A stretch of DNA of 64,000 nucleotides from the human T2T-CHM13v2.0 reference genome, Homo sapiens. The notes under the pieces are model-generated. The model did not search any database. It was not told the origin of the DNA and was given only the letters and a program-made list of their open reading frames with translations. The first letter of the stretch is position 1, and every line of letters starts with the position of its first letter. The stretch lies in NCBI RefSeq assembly GCF_009914755.1, contig NC_060928.1; one strand, 5' to 3'. Shown one piece after another: positions 27,603-43,625 of this stretch. A program made the position numbers and the translations under genes.

Positions 27603-28455
27603 TGTGGTGTACAGACACTAAGATGGTCTTTAATGATTGCTACCTGCTGGTATGCACTCACTTGTATAATTCCTTCTGGCCACTGCTCCACTTCTCTGAT
27701 TAATTTTGGGAAGAAACTGTGATGTGCTTCTTTTTCTTTTTTGAGGGAGTTTCGCTCTTGTCTCCCAGGCTGGAGTGCAGTGGTGGGATCTGGGCTCAAT
27801 GCAACCTCCGCTTCCCCATTCAAGTGATTCTCCTGCCTCAGCCTCACGAATAGCTGGGATTACAGGTGTCTGCCACCACGCCCAGCTAATTTTTTGTATT
27901 TTTTGTGATGGTCAGGCTGGTCTCGAACTCCTGACCTCAGGTGATCCACATGTCTCGGCCTCCTAAAGTGCTGGGATTACAAGCGTGAGCCATCACACCG
28001 CCCCGACATGATTCTTTAATAATGCAATTTAGAAAAGGTAATAGGACACCATAACATTCTGATATCTGTCTTCTAGCAGACTTTGTCTTGCTTGCTTTGC
28101 TGGAGCAAGCTCCCATGTTGTGAGCTGCTGCATGGAGTGACCCATGTGGTAAGGAACTGAGGATGCCTTTGGCCAACAGCCAGCAAGGAACCAAGGCCCC
28201 TAGTGGAACAGGCCCCAGAGCCCTCAGGAAACCGAATTCTGTCAATAACCAACTGAGCCAGTAAGTGGATCCTTCTTTGCCGGTTGCAGTTTCAGATAAA
28301 ACCACAGCCATGATTAACACCTTGGATGTGAGAGATCCAAAGCAAAGAGCCCAGTTAAACTTTGCCACATCTTTTGATTCACAGAAACTGTTATGTATAA
28401 ATGTGTTTTAAGTATCTAAGTTTGTGGTAATTTATTACCAGAAATAGAAAATAGG
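27603..28455 (+). mobile_element. MaLR LTR, MLT1E/F-like, interrupted by an Alu
   Basis: TGTGG...CTAAGATGG start; CCATGTGGTAAGGAACTGAGG, GGCCAACAGCCAGCAAGGAAC, CACAGAAACTG, CTAAGTTTGTGGTAATTT end. Confidence 0.85.
27731..28003 (-). mobile_element. Alu SINE, AluSq/Sp-like, with about 20-bp deletion near 27905
   Basis: GAGTTTCGCTCTTG; CCTCAGGTGATCC; lacks the AGAGACGGGGTTTCACC segment; degenerate TSD at 27721 and 28005. Confidence 0.93.
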
Positions 28456-28459
28456 GTGC

Positions 28460-28700
28460 CATCACTTTCACATGGACTACTACTGTTTTAATAGCATCTC
28501 CTCTGACAACCATCTAAAACATTCACCACAATTTACACACTTGTTTATAAAAAATGCAAATAATCATATCGCTGCCTCTATGTTTCAACTGCATACACTG
28601 CTTAAAATATTTCCTTGAGTGGCTTCTCATTGATTCTTAGGAATTGGTATTTTTTTACTATGGCCTAGAAAACTTACATGCATGGCCCTTTAACTCTCCA
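28460..28700 (+). mobile_element. L2 fragment
   Basis: CATCACTTTCACATGGACTACT, AAAATGCAAATAATCAT, GTGGCTTCTCATTG, ATGGCCTAGAAAAC. Confidence 0.6.
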
Positions 28701-28999
28701 GTCTCCCATCATTCTCCTTAGGGAGTGTTTTTCTTCAGATTCCCTTATTACTTATGAAATCACTATTTGATGATGAAGTCAGTATTTGGTGAAGTGTTTC
28801 ATGTTTTTTTTTCTGTATTACGTAGTGAAAGGTATAGCATGACAGTTTTAATTGCACAGATTTAACCCAACAAAGAAAGGTGACATAGGTATATTTAAAT
28901 AGCATCAAATGAAGCTGTGAGGTCTGTAAATATTGCTGAGCTCTATGATAGCTCCATTCTGTTAAATATTTTGATCACAAGTGTAAGAGAAACTAGAAG

Positions 29000-29265
29000 T
29001 AATACATATTTCAGTTGCAGAAAGCACAACATTAAGGGTAGTTATTATATGGAATACTTAAGTATTTCAAATGATTGGACAATTGAAATCAACAAAACTG
29101 TGCTTCAGTTTCTTCATTAGCACTAATTCTTTGCTAGCAATAGAAACAATCCTAAATAACTGTATTTATGTATAATGCCATAAGATTATAAGAAAGATTA
29201 AATGAGTTAAAGCATGAAAAACAGTTTTATGCCTGTTACAGAGTGTTTTTTAAAATGTTCAAAAT
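29000..29265 (+). mobile_element. MIR
   Basis: GCTTCAGTTTCTTCATT...GATTAAATGAGTTAA...TGCCTGTTACAGAG. Confidence 0.55.
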
Positions 29266-29269
29266 GTAA

Positions 29270-31179
<1,910 letters not shown>

Positions 31180-31380
31180 ACAATGAGATCACATGGACAC
31201 AGGAAGGGGAATATCACACTCTGGGGACTGTGGTGGGGTGGGGGGAGTGGGGAGGGATAGCACTGGGAGATATACTTAATGCTAGATGAGGAGTTAGTGG
31301 GTGCAGCGCACCAGCATGGCACATGTATACATATGTAACTAACCTGCACAATGTGCACATGTACCCTAAAACTTAAAGTA

Positions 31381-31440
31381 TAATAAAAATAAAATAAAAT
31401 AAAATAAAATAAAATAAAATAAAATAAAAAATAAATAAAA
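31381..31440 (+). repeat. (TAAAA)n patterned L1 tail
   Basis: Direct reading. Confidence 0.95.
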
Positions 31441-31459
31441 AAAAGATTATCTCCAAGCA

Positions 31460-31799
<340 letters not shown>

Positions 31800-32024
31800 T
31801 CATCTCAAGTGGGAAACTTAAGAGCGTAAGCCTTCTTTCCTTTGGCAGAAAGGCAGTAGATTACAGAGATGGGGAATTAGTGCTACTACATCTGACTTTC
31901 TTCACTACATCAAATCATGAAGATCTCTCTTTGATGATCCTTGTATTGAGAGTGATTAATTCAAGATATGCATACGGGCTGGTAAAGGAAAATTAAGATA
32001 TATTTTCTCCCAATTCATCATCAT

Positions 32025-32430
<406 letters not shown>

Positions 32431-32713
32431 TAGGAGCCCAGCCAACCCCACAGGACCTATGGAAAAGAAAAGGAAAGTATTCTACATAAATGAGAATTAC
32501 AAATTCTCTCAAGACTAAGTTTCTATGATTGAAACTTTGTTGATATCAAGAAAACCAATTTTCTTTGGAACTGCACGGCATCTTTTCTGTTTTCCATGGT
32601 GACTATAATGGCTATCTTCATTTTATCCATTCAGATAAGGACAGTTATAAAAGTAATGGGAAGAAAAATCACTGATATTGTACAAATATTTCATGACATG
32701 TTATTGTTAAAAA

Positions 32714-32765
32714 CTGAGAAGAAATTACATTCCTTGAGAAGAAATTACAATGCCTGAGAAGAAAT
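32714..32765 (+). repeat. 20-bp tandem repeat, about 2.6 copies
   Basis: CTGAGAAGAAATTACATTCC / TTGAGAAGAAATTACAATGC / CTGAGAAGAAAT. Confidence 0.9.
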
Positions 32766-32956
32766 GGGACATGATAGATCAAAATGTTATAATTGCTGCA
32801 AGTTGGTAACTGCAAATGTCATCTACCATGGCTACAAACTTTATAAAGCAAAAAATGAATATATGTGACACTTTGGAACCCTACATTCAAAATTCATTTA
32901 AATGGTTAATTTTATGTTACGCATATTTTACCACAATTTGAAAATAATCAATTATT

Positions 32957-33309
<353 letters not shown>

Positions 33310-34139
33310 TTAAAAATTTGGCTAAAAATAATTTGTTTTATCAAGTTATTTTGAGCCCATCATGGGATTGGCAACAAGAAATTGGAATTCAAATCCAACT
33401 ATAAGTGAACCCACTATCCCTTTATAATCAGCCACAATTCACCAAAGCAGAAGTGGACTGACCAAAAGGTTCCATTGGTGAAATATTCTATATTAATCTA
33501 TATGTCAATCCAGGGACTGATAATTCATAATTCTTATGCAGCTGTTTATATTACCACAAGAAATTACCATATAAAATCTGCAATTTATCTTAACACTGTC
33601 ATAGTGATGCAAAATCCATTTCTTACTTATGTCATTGTACTGACAATATCAAAATGATACTAACAGTATTGGCCTTTCCACCTTCATTTAAATTGTAAAC
33701 ATCCAGATGCAACTTACTGTGCCTGCAGAGTGCAGTTTGTATATAACAGCCAAAGTAATGGCTTATAAGAGTTCCTATTATTTATACACAAATCATAATA
33801 ATTTTCTAGACCTAACATTATTTATGTCCCATTTAAGTAAAGTACAATATGAAATATCCAAATGTATATTTACATGTATATGTGCTTTATGTATCTTGTG
33901 AACTAATTGATTATAAGGTATTGATGTTTTCTAAAATGTTAAAATAACTTCAATTGGAAAAACAAAACAAAAGAAAACAAAACAAAAAACCCTTTTACTG
34001 GGCACTTAAGGTTATTCAGACATAACTTTTTTTTGTTGTTTAAATATTTACATTAAACTGATTAATATGCTTTATTTTTATGAAAAATACGTCACTCATG
34101 CTGTTTTATTTATTATTTTACAACGTAAGAATAGTTTTA

Positions 34140-35640
34140 AATTTAACATTTTATCAATTTATTTGAAAATAAGCTGCAGACGTCATGAACTTTACCCTTA
34201 AATATTTCAGCATTTATCTTCTAAGAATAACGATGGTCTTCTACATACAGTACTATTATAACATTATAGAAAATTCATATTGATTTAACAATACACTTTA
34301 AATTTCACCATTACGGCTCCCTAGTTTCTGTAGTATAATCCCTTTGTGTTTCAGTATGTGTTTTGGAGATTATAAAGCCACTTGTCTTCTAGAATTTTCT
34401 ACAGTCTAGATTTGCCTATTGTTATCTCATAATTAAATTTAAAGTTAATTATTTTGGGGCAAGATCACTATAGAAGTGATATTATTGCCTCATATCAGGA
34501 GACACATAACATCAGGTTTTTAATCACTGATTATTCTAAGTTTTATCACTTAGTTTAAACCGTAACTACAAGATTTATTCATGGAATAAACACATTATTT
34601 TTGTCTTTGAACCAGATACCTCATCCATAGGGTGTAATTTAAATGTGAATATCCCAATGTCCAAAACATTATCAGACTGTTATAAAGATTAGATCAAGCT
34701 AATGCATTAAATCATGAGAGAAGTATTTATCCCTGCTTCTTGAATCTGGTCTTGGCTATGTGGCTTACTTTGGTCTATGGGATGTCAGAGGCTTGAAATG
34801 TCCTAGCCCATATTGGCTTATTCTTTTGGACTCTTTCCTTTCACCATAAGAAGAATATGACTTGATGTGATATACACTGGTTCAAGAAGAATCAGAAACA
34901 TGTGGCATAGATTTGAACACAATTTGCAGCCTGGAGTAAATCACAATATCAGTTTACCCACAGATATATGAGGGAAAAATAAATGTGCTTTGTATATGCC
35001 ACTACATAAGAGTGTATAAGACTGGAATATAAAATATACTGACATTTACTTGATTCAGTTATTATCTTGTGGTTTGCAAAATAATGATTTTCTGATATTG
35101 TCCTCTTACCATTTATTAGCTTGTCTTAAAAACAAAATCTTCCTCCCCCTTTCCTTTCTGTCTCTCTCTCTCTCTGTCTTCTCTCCCTCTTTCATTTCCT
35201 CATTTTTATGAGTGATACTTGAGTTTATTCAATATCTTACACTATATTTCCATCATTATTCTTTTTGAAATGTAAATAATATCAAATTGTACAAAGGGGT
35301 ACCCATAACACTGGTTATTATGTTCCCTTGGCATGATGTTACTTTTCTCTCAGTATTTATTTATTTTCTATGATAACAACATATCTATTGCTGCCCAAAC
35401 CTGGAATCAACCATTCTTTCAATTATGTCTGATATATTTTGGTGGGGATTGGTACTTAAAAACCAAGGTATGTGTTCTACGCATGTTCAATTCCATAATG
35501 AGTGACTGTTTCTTGGTCTTATTGGGGGACAGACTGAACAGATTTAAGGAATGTATATAATGATTTAATACAGATGCCTCCAATGCAAATTCAACATTAT
35601 GTATCTTCTATCTAAAGACCTAAAATTCTCGAATTATTTC
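34140..35640 (-). mobile_element. Old L1MC/ME 3' remnants, split by an MLT1 LTR
   Basis: TGCAGACGTCATGAACTTTACCCTTAAATATTTCAGCAT, GCCCAAACCTGGAATCAACCATTCTTTC, ACTTAAAAACCAAG. Confidence 0.6.
34680..35040 (+). mobile_element. MaLR LTR, MLT1H/I-like
   Basis: CTTGAATCTGG...CTATGTGGCTTACTTTGG, AGAGGCTTGAAATG, TGCAGCCTGGAG, AAATAAATG...TATGCCACT. Confidence 0.7.
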
Positions 35641-35674
35641 CCACCAAAAAATTAAAAAAATAAAAATACAAAAT

Positions 35675-35940
35675 GAAGGAAAGAAAGAGAAAAAGAGAAA
35701 GAGAGAAAGAAAGAAAGAAAAAAGAAAAAGAAAGAGGAAGGAAGGAGAGAAAAGGAAAAGAAAGAAAGAGAAAAGAAGGATAAAGATAAAGAAAGAAAGA
35801 AAAAGAAAGAGAGGAGGAGACAAGGAAGGAGAGAGAGAAAAAGGAAAGGAAAGAAGAAAGGAAGAAAGAAGAAAGGAAGAAGGAAGAAAGAAAAAAGAAA
35901 GAAAGAAAGAAAGAAAGAGAAAGAAAGAAAGGAAAGAAGA
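35675..35940 (+). repeat. GA-rich polypurine low-complexity tract
   Basis: About 265 nt of A/G with only isolated pyrimidines; GAAA/GGAA units. Confidence 0.95.
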
Positions 35941-36306
35941 TAATTTATGGAACTGCATAAATTATCAAGAGACGGAAGGATTTGAAAAGTAAAATTGAGA
36001 AAGAAGTAGCAGCTGCTTAAGACCAAAGAACAAATGACAAGTTCTGTGTATGACACCCTGGCACATGTTCTTTTGTTTCCCTTATTCATAAATACAGCAG
36101 TTTGCTTTTTTTTTCCTTCCTAGTTGTCTCTCTTTCCTTATTGTAATTCTCTCTCTACATTTTCATATTCTCTTTCTTCCTTGTTTTATTCATATAATCC
36201 TCAATTTAGTCTTTTGCCTCTCATTTGTAGTCTATATCATATAGAAATTAAGGGAAAGTGAGTAGTATTTTTATCTTCTAACTTGATGTAAAAATTCATC
36301 TACTAG

Positions 36307-36688
<382 letters not shown>

Positions 36689-39600
36689 ACTCTTCAAGTA
36701 ATTTTTGCAAAACAGCATATATGTAACCTTCATTCTTTTGTCTGCCAAATGCAAAGGAACACTTTATAGTTCTAAGATACCTATTGCTGAAAAGTCAGTA
36801 CAGGAAAAGATTTGATGAGACAACCAAATTTCATGTGCTCCTTCCTTGCTGAAACACAGGTACAAAATCCTAGCTTTCTCAATTGAAATTCACTAGCATG
36901 CACAGCACATGGTCTCTACCAGAAGTTAGATCCATTAAAAGATAAAGAAAATGCTTTGCTATTATAATGATAATCATGTATTTTATACTAACTTTCCAAT
37001 AAGAAAGCAGAGTAATGAAAAGACTTCCAGGGATTATCTAGCAAAGCTCTGTGTTTTTTGATATGCTGCAACCAGAAATGTAAAATTTTCACCATTTCAT
37101 GACCTTAATTCTGGAGGTGTCGGTAACTGGTGTAAAACACCACTTGTACTTTTGAAATTGACATGTATATTGACCATATTTCTCCCATATTTTCCTCTTT
37201 TACCCTAGTGATAAGGGCATTATACTTTCTTGTGTTTCCATAATGACATATGATTGTATTCTCAACACACAGCACATGGCTAGTTCAGATACTTCGCAAA
37301 TGTAGGTACTTTTTAAATGTACTTTGAAATGTAAGTTTGGATTTTGCCTTTTGGTTCTTGGACTTTGCCTTCAATTTAATATTTTAGTGTTTAAGCACAT
37401 TTCTTCCATTTTAGTATTTATTCCAGCGTATGTATTGTAAATACTGACATTAAAATAAACTCGTAAAATTAGCATACTACCTTTACATGTTTAAACTGTA
37501 CATTTATACAATAATGGTTAACATAATTGATTTTTATAAAAATAACTTTAGTTACCTCAAATTAATCCAAGTTCTCTTCTGTTAGGAAGAGATAATATTT
37601 TGGGAAAAGTTTATTATAAAATTCTCAAAAAATCTAGTTCATTAATTCTTATTCCTCCTTGATTCATGAAATCTTAGAGCCCAATTTGTTATGCTTCTGG
37701 CTCCAGTGGGTCCTAAAGACCAAATTAGAGCTACAGCAACTTACTTGAGGGTTAGGCTATGATTTTCAAGTATGACCCATGGCTTCATAAATAACAACAG
37801 AAATAGCAACTTGTTGAGCCCTGGTTTGTGTTATGACGGTCTGTGTTAGGAGGTCACCTTGTGAGAATGAGCTGCACAAGAGATACTCCCCACTGATTGT
37901 TCATTTGGGGTCAAGACTTGTTTTGAGGAACTGCTGTGGACCCTCCTCTTGCCAACAGTATTCATAGGAAATTGAAACCAAACCTGTAAAAATGTCTGTT
38001 GTAAAGATAAAGAGGCACTTAGCAATTAGAAAATAGAATGGTTCTCTATGTATAAGTGACATTTTTCTTAAACATATAGTTACAGGTAAGGGAAACAAAG
38101 TTATGCTTAGAAATACAAATATTTTCCCACTCTTGTGTTTTTGCTGAATTCTACTAATTTCTTCATATATTCCTGGCCACACTTGTGTTACATATTTCCT
38201 TGTTTGGGGAAAACAAGAAATGATCTAATACATATAAAAGAATTCCTCTCTTATGTAGTTTTGAATACATGAATAATATTTGAATATTTGATTTAACATA
38301 TGTACATTGAAGTATGGTGTTCATGTATATGCACAGCAATTATGTCCTTTTGACTATGGTTTAATAATAAATTAAGAAAAGTTACAAAAGAAACTACCAG
38401 TGTTTTGACTCATTGATTTACTAAAAATATTCATGGACTCCTTGTTAGGTCTATGTATTATTCTTTCGAACTTAAGATTTTGATAATGCCTACAATGTCT
38501 TAGTTATATCATGACACTTGATACAATTGAACTTAATGACCATCAAAATATACTATGCATCTCCTAGGTTTTGGAAACTTCTACAATATTATCATATTCA
38601 AATCCAACCCACATGCTGTACTTTGTTATTTAAATCTCCAAAAAAATGAAGTTATCATTAGAGCAAGTGATAATTTAATCAGAGAAATCGAGGAAAGTTC
38701 CAGTTTTTGTACGCATTGCACTGACAAACCAGGAGAAAAAACACCATGGAGAAGGTTTTTACAGCATGAAGAAATAGGAACTCCTAAGGAAACCATATGT
38801 CATTCACATCAATTATAAGTGGTACATTAGAAAGTGATAGAATAATTTTCTGCCAAGTCAGGGGTGTGTCTGTGTGAAGTGTTTCCTTTCCGTCTTTTAT
38901 GACTTCCACTCAAGCAGGTAGCAAGCTGTGCCTACTTGTTCCAATGGACTTTTGAGGCAGCCAAGACAGCAAAATTTGCATGTAATATTCTTCCCTTCCT
39001 AGCTTTTGTTTACAAAGGTAAACCAGTCAAGTTATGTAGTTAGTTTAGACTCCTCTAAGGACAAAAGCAGAAATACGGACTGCTGGCAGACAGCAAGAAC
39101 AACTTGTATTTCCTGCTAACCCAATATAAGAGTTACTTTGAAGTATAAATTAGAGGAATAATTTTTTAAAGCTTATGTCTGTGGTTTGAGATTTATACTT
39201 GCAATTTTATCATTAATATGAAATACGTGTCTTCCCTTAAGAGAGTTTTAAAGATCATGCATTTCATGAAAATGACAAAGGAAGGATTAAAATAAAGACC
39301 AGGACACTCATTTATACATCAAAAATTAGAGACATATCTTATGAATACATGTTTTTCAATATGTCTCTCACCAAAATAACCTTAGGGCATGCAAATAAAA
39401 CTTCTTAAAACCAAATAGTGCAAAATTATGTGATTCATATTAAATTAAACTCACATGATTTTGGATCCTATAAACATGATATTATACTTCTTGGTTTCCA
39501 ATGTTGAATTTCTATGTTGAATTTTTAGATCCTGAAAAATATTCCATGTCTGCTCATAGGATTTCATGAAATACACAATATCGGTAAAAAACTTTCCTGA

Positions 39601-40182
39601 AAAAAATTTTATACAAAATTTCTCTCTTCTATTATCTTTTACTTTTATTGAAGACAATATCTAAGTCCTAAATCTTTTAAATACTTAATCTGATAAACAT
39701 ATTTCTCCTGACACTTTCATAATTAAGTTAAAATATTACAAAATACAATATTCTAATGGTTGCAAAGTGGCTTTAACTTTCATTTTATATTTCATGTCAT
39801 GCTATTTGAAATATGGGTTTCTCTATACTTTTTTATTTCCATTATCAAAATTACTAATAATTTTTTTCTAACAGAGTAATGTGTAAAGTGAAATCAATTA
39901 GAAATTGATTAGCTTTCAAGTTTATCTGCTATAGATCTTTGCTTTTTTTGCTATAAGTTTTTCTGCAGTAGCTTTAAATTTATTTTTGTACATAAATTAT
40001 ATATATGTTGTATTCATGTTAAAAATATACTTTATCAGCACCTACTGCATGAATGTTATACATGTATTTATTTTATTCTCCCAATTGGTGCAAGTAAATC
40101 TCGATGAGAAGGTATAAAAAATGTATTAGAAATAATTCCATTCACTTTAAGATCAGGTTTCTATAATGCTGTTTCATTATTT

Positions 40183-40283
40183 ATTATTACTTTTTTGGAA
40201 ACTTAGATTCCACTTTCTTGCCCAGGCTAGTCTCTCTAACTCCTGGGCTCAAGCAGTCTTTCCCCCTTAGCCTCCCCAGTAGA
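40183..40283 (-). mobile_element. FLAM/Alu monomer, 5'-truncated
   Basis: TTGCCCAGGCTAGTCTC...AACTCCTGGGCTCAAGC; TSD GTT(T/C)CATTATTT at 40171 and 40284. Confidence 0.8.
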
Positions 40284-40424
40284 GTTCCATTATTTTTAAT
40301 TTACTTTAGCTTACAAATCATCAGTCATTTCCAAAAGATTACAATGATGTTAACAATAATCAATGTGTGCTTATTTTAATATCTAAAATTAAGGTAAAAA
40401 TATTTGTACTGTCTTTACTAGTAT

Positions 40425-40820
<396 letters not shown>

Positions 40821-41689
40821 TGCAAGCCAAAATGCCATCAGGGTTGATTTGGTTGTTTTATATCTCATTATAAAATTAAAAAAAGTAAGATTCTTCAGTC
40901 TCACTATTGAGGACATTAACATTCTTCATGAAACTTCATAAAAAACTCTATTAAAATATGTTAGTTATATCATATTGTTATATGTCACATCACATAGTTG
41001 TATATGAAGTAGAATTAGTTTTTTTGAAAAGTTTATATTATTCATAAGACAAATTTATGATTTACCCAATTATTCCATCTATTAATATTACATAGTTTCA
41101 CCATAAATCTTGACATAAAGAAATCTGTTTTTGAACAAGATAAGTTTCTTAAAAATACAATGTCTCCAAGTTTCACTAAAATAAGGACAAACTCAATGCA
41201 TACAGTGGAATTTAATTTTGAATTTGCCTATTTAAATATCCATGCACTTATATGAATACTTATACTTTAATATACTTTGTATATATATTTATACTTTAAA
41301 TATCCATATACTTATATGTGAACACATAATACTACTTAGTTTTTGATGACACATTATACTTTCCTTTTTATAAATTAAATAATATTAAAATTACATAAGG
41401 GAAAGTTGAACATTTACATACATATATATTTTTCATTACTCAAATACCTACATTCCACATATATCTAATAATTTGAATAGTGTGTATTTATTCATATGAA
41501 ACAGGCATTGTTTTGATTGCATTCCTTGAAATGTGGAGTCCTCTATGGAACTACTTTTCCTGACTACCTGACATAATCATGTGTAACTGTCACAATTTAT
41601 TTAAGCTGCACTTTTTATAAAGCTTTTATACACTATATAAAAATTCCATGTAGACATACATGGAATGAGGTATTTTCCATGGGAAATGT

Positions 41690-41880
41690 GACTATATTCC
41701 TCCTATGTTCCCACAGACCCTTACACCTAAAGTAATTAAATCACAGTGTCATATCTGCACACCTCATTCTCTTAGAATGTAATGGTTTTGAGGGTAGGGA
41801 AAGGGGCACTTGACAATTGACAATTGTAATTTCAGTACTCACTGAAGAACATGGTATATAGCAAATAATATATATTTCTT
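41690..41880 (+). mobile_element. L2 3' fragment
   Basis: TAGAATGTAA...TTGAGGGTAGGGA...CATGGTATATAG. Confidence 0.5.
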
Positions 41881-41896
41881 TAAAAAATAAAATATA

Positions 41897-42195
41897 GGCC
41901 AGGCACGGTGGCTCACGCCTGTAATCCCAGCACTTTGGGAGGCCGAGGCAGGTGGATCATTTAAGGTCAGGACTTCAAGACCAGCCTGACCAACATGCTG
42001 AAACCCTGTCTCTACTAAAAATATAAAATAAATAGTTGAGCCTGGTGGCATGTGCCTATAATCCCATTTACTCAGGAGGCTGAGGCAGGAGAATCGCTTG
42101 AACCCTGGGGCCAGAGGTTGCAGTGAGCCGAGATTGTGCCACTGCACTCTAGCCTGGGCTACAAAGCAAAACTCTGTCTCAAAAAATAAATAATA
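41897..42195 (+). mobile_element. Alu SINE, AluSx/Sz-like
   Basis: GGCCAGGCACGGTGGCTCACGCC start; full dimer; TSD-like AATAAAATA(T/G)A. Confidence 0.95.
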
Positions 42196-43087
42196 AAATA
42201 GAGGAATATGTATATGGATTAAATGCATTTTGAAAGAGAGATTTTGTAATTAGTTCAAATATATGCACATTATTATTTAAATATTAGTTTCTAGAATAGG
42301 ATAACTGAACGGAGAGTGGAGGCCAATTTTTTCACCTTGTGAATTAACAGCTTTCTGAAAAGCAGGAGGCAGGAGGTGTTAGAGTCAGAGAAGCTAGGAA
42401 AGCGGGTGGCACAGATCACCATGTTTGACGTTGATGGCTCTAATCCTTGCTATTAGGAATTCCTGCTCAGATAACTGCTGAAGACAAGGATTAGGTTTAA
42501 TTAGCACTTGAGGTTTAGGGAAAACTACCGCAGATTGATCACAAACCTTGAAAACTAAATCCTAAAAGTATGGTATTCAAAACTAGAAGTTGTGAAATTG
42601 ACCACTGTGGAAGGAGAGGCCTATTGGTCATATTCATACTTTTCTCACTGTACTCTGAACCAAAGCCATACTTTCCCCTAAATCTATAGTAGCTCCAAGA
42701 CAGTCACGCATTCCCTGCATTTCCCCTTCCTGTCCCAATCTAACCCTTTCTCGACATCTAGTTTTGTCTTATCAAACCTAATCCACTTACTTTCATGGGG
42801 AGGATATCAGATTTTAAAAGAATCCTGCTCCCTTTCTTTTTTTGTTATTTAAGATGACTTTCTTTCTTATGGCTTATAGAGTTTTGTTCTGTTGGTGGCT
42901 GTTTTTATTTGTTTGTTTTCAGCACAAACACTCCTATAACTCAAACAAATGTATCTCTTTTAGTGGGCTTTCAAAAATAGTTAATAAAGAAGTGAGGGAA
43001 GATATTTTAGAATGGCGGGGAAGGAGAAAAAACTCTTCAACTACAACTACAAGCATGGGCTCATAACTCCTAATTAACAGCTCACTT

Positions 43088-43290
43088 TATATATATATGT
43101 ATATATATATATACACATACATATATAAAAAATAAATTTAAAACAAATGCTACTTTATTGAAATATATATAATGAAAGTATATATACTTTATTGAAATAT
43201 ATATAAAGAAATATATAATAAAATATATAATGAAATATATATAATAAATGTATATAATGAAAGTATATATATATTTTATTGAAATATATA
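43088..43290 (+). repeat. AT-rich tandem/low-complexity array with (TA)n and a roughly 34-bp unit
   Basis: TACTTTATTGAAATATATATAATGAAAGTATATA repeated imperfectly from 43151. Confidence 0.85.
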
Positions 43291-43534
43291 TATAATGAAA
43301 TCCAGTGACCTTACCAAACTAAAAGTGGAAGCCAGAATCATGAGGAACATTCTTTACCGAATGACTGTAACAAATGCTAACTTGCAGGCTGAAGTTTCTC
43401 AATGCAGGAATGCAGGACAACACCATGTCTGAGCACACCTTCAACTAAAATGTCACCTGAGTTAGAGATCTGCCATCTTACTTGACTTCAAGAGACCACT
43501 AAGACAGAGTCTACCAAATAAAAAAAACTTAGGT

Positions 43535-43625
43535 TTTATCTTAGTCCAACTTCTTTCTTTTACAGACTTAGAAAGTGAGTCTCAGAGAGGTAAAGAAACT
43601 TTATTTCAGTTTAAAATTTCTAATT
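43535..43625 (-). mobile_element. MIR fragment
   Basis: TTTTACAGA...GAAAGTGAGTCTCAGAGAGGTAAAG. Confidence 0.6.

Noticed and set aside
27937-28368. 143-aa minus-strand ORF
   Set aside because: Lies wholly within the MLT1 LTR and Alu
32714-32765. Regularly spaced repeats that might suggest a CRISPR-like array
   Set aside because: Head-to-tail 20-bp tandem with no unique spacers, in eukaryotic DNA with no cas genes
35620-36089. Phe/Leu/Ser-rich 112- and 145-aa ORFs that look like membrane proteins
   Set aside because: Produced by the pyrimidine strand of the GA-rich tract, which cannot encode stops
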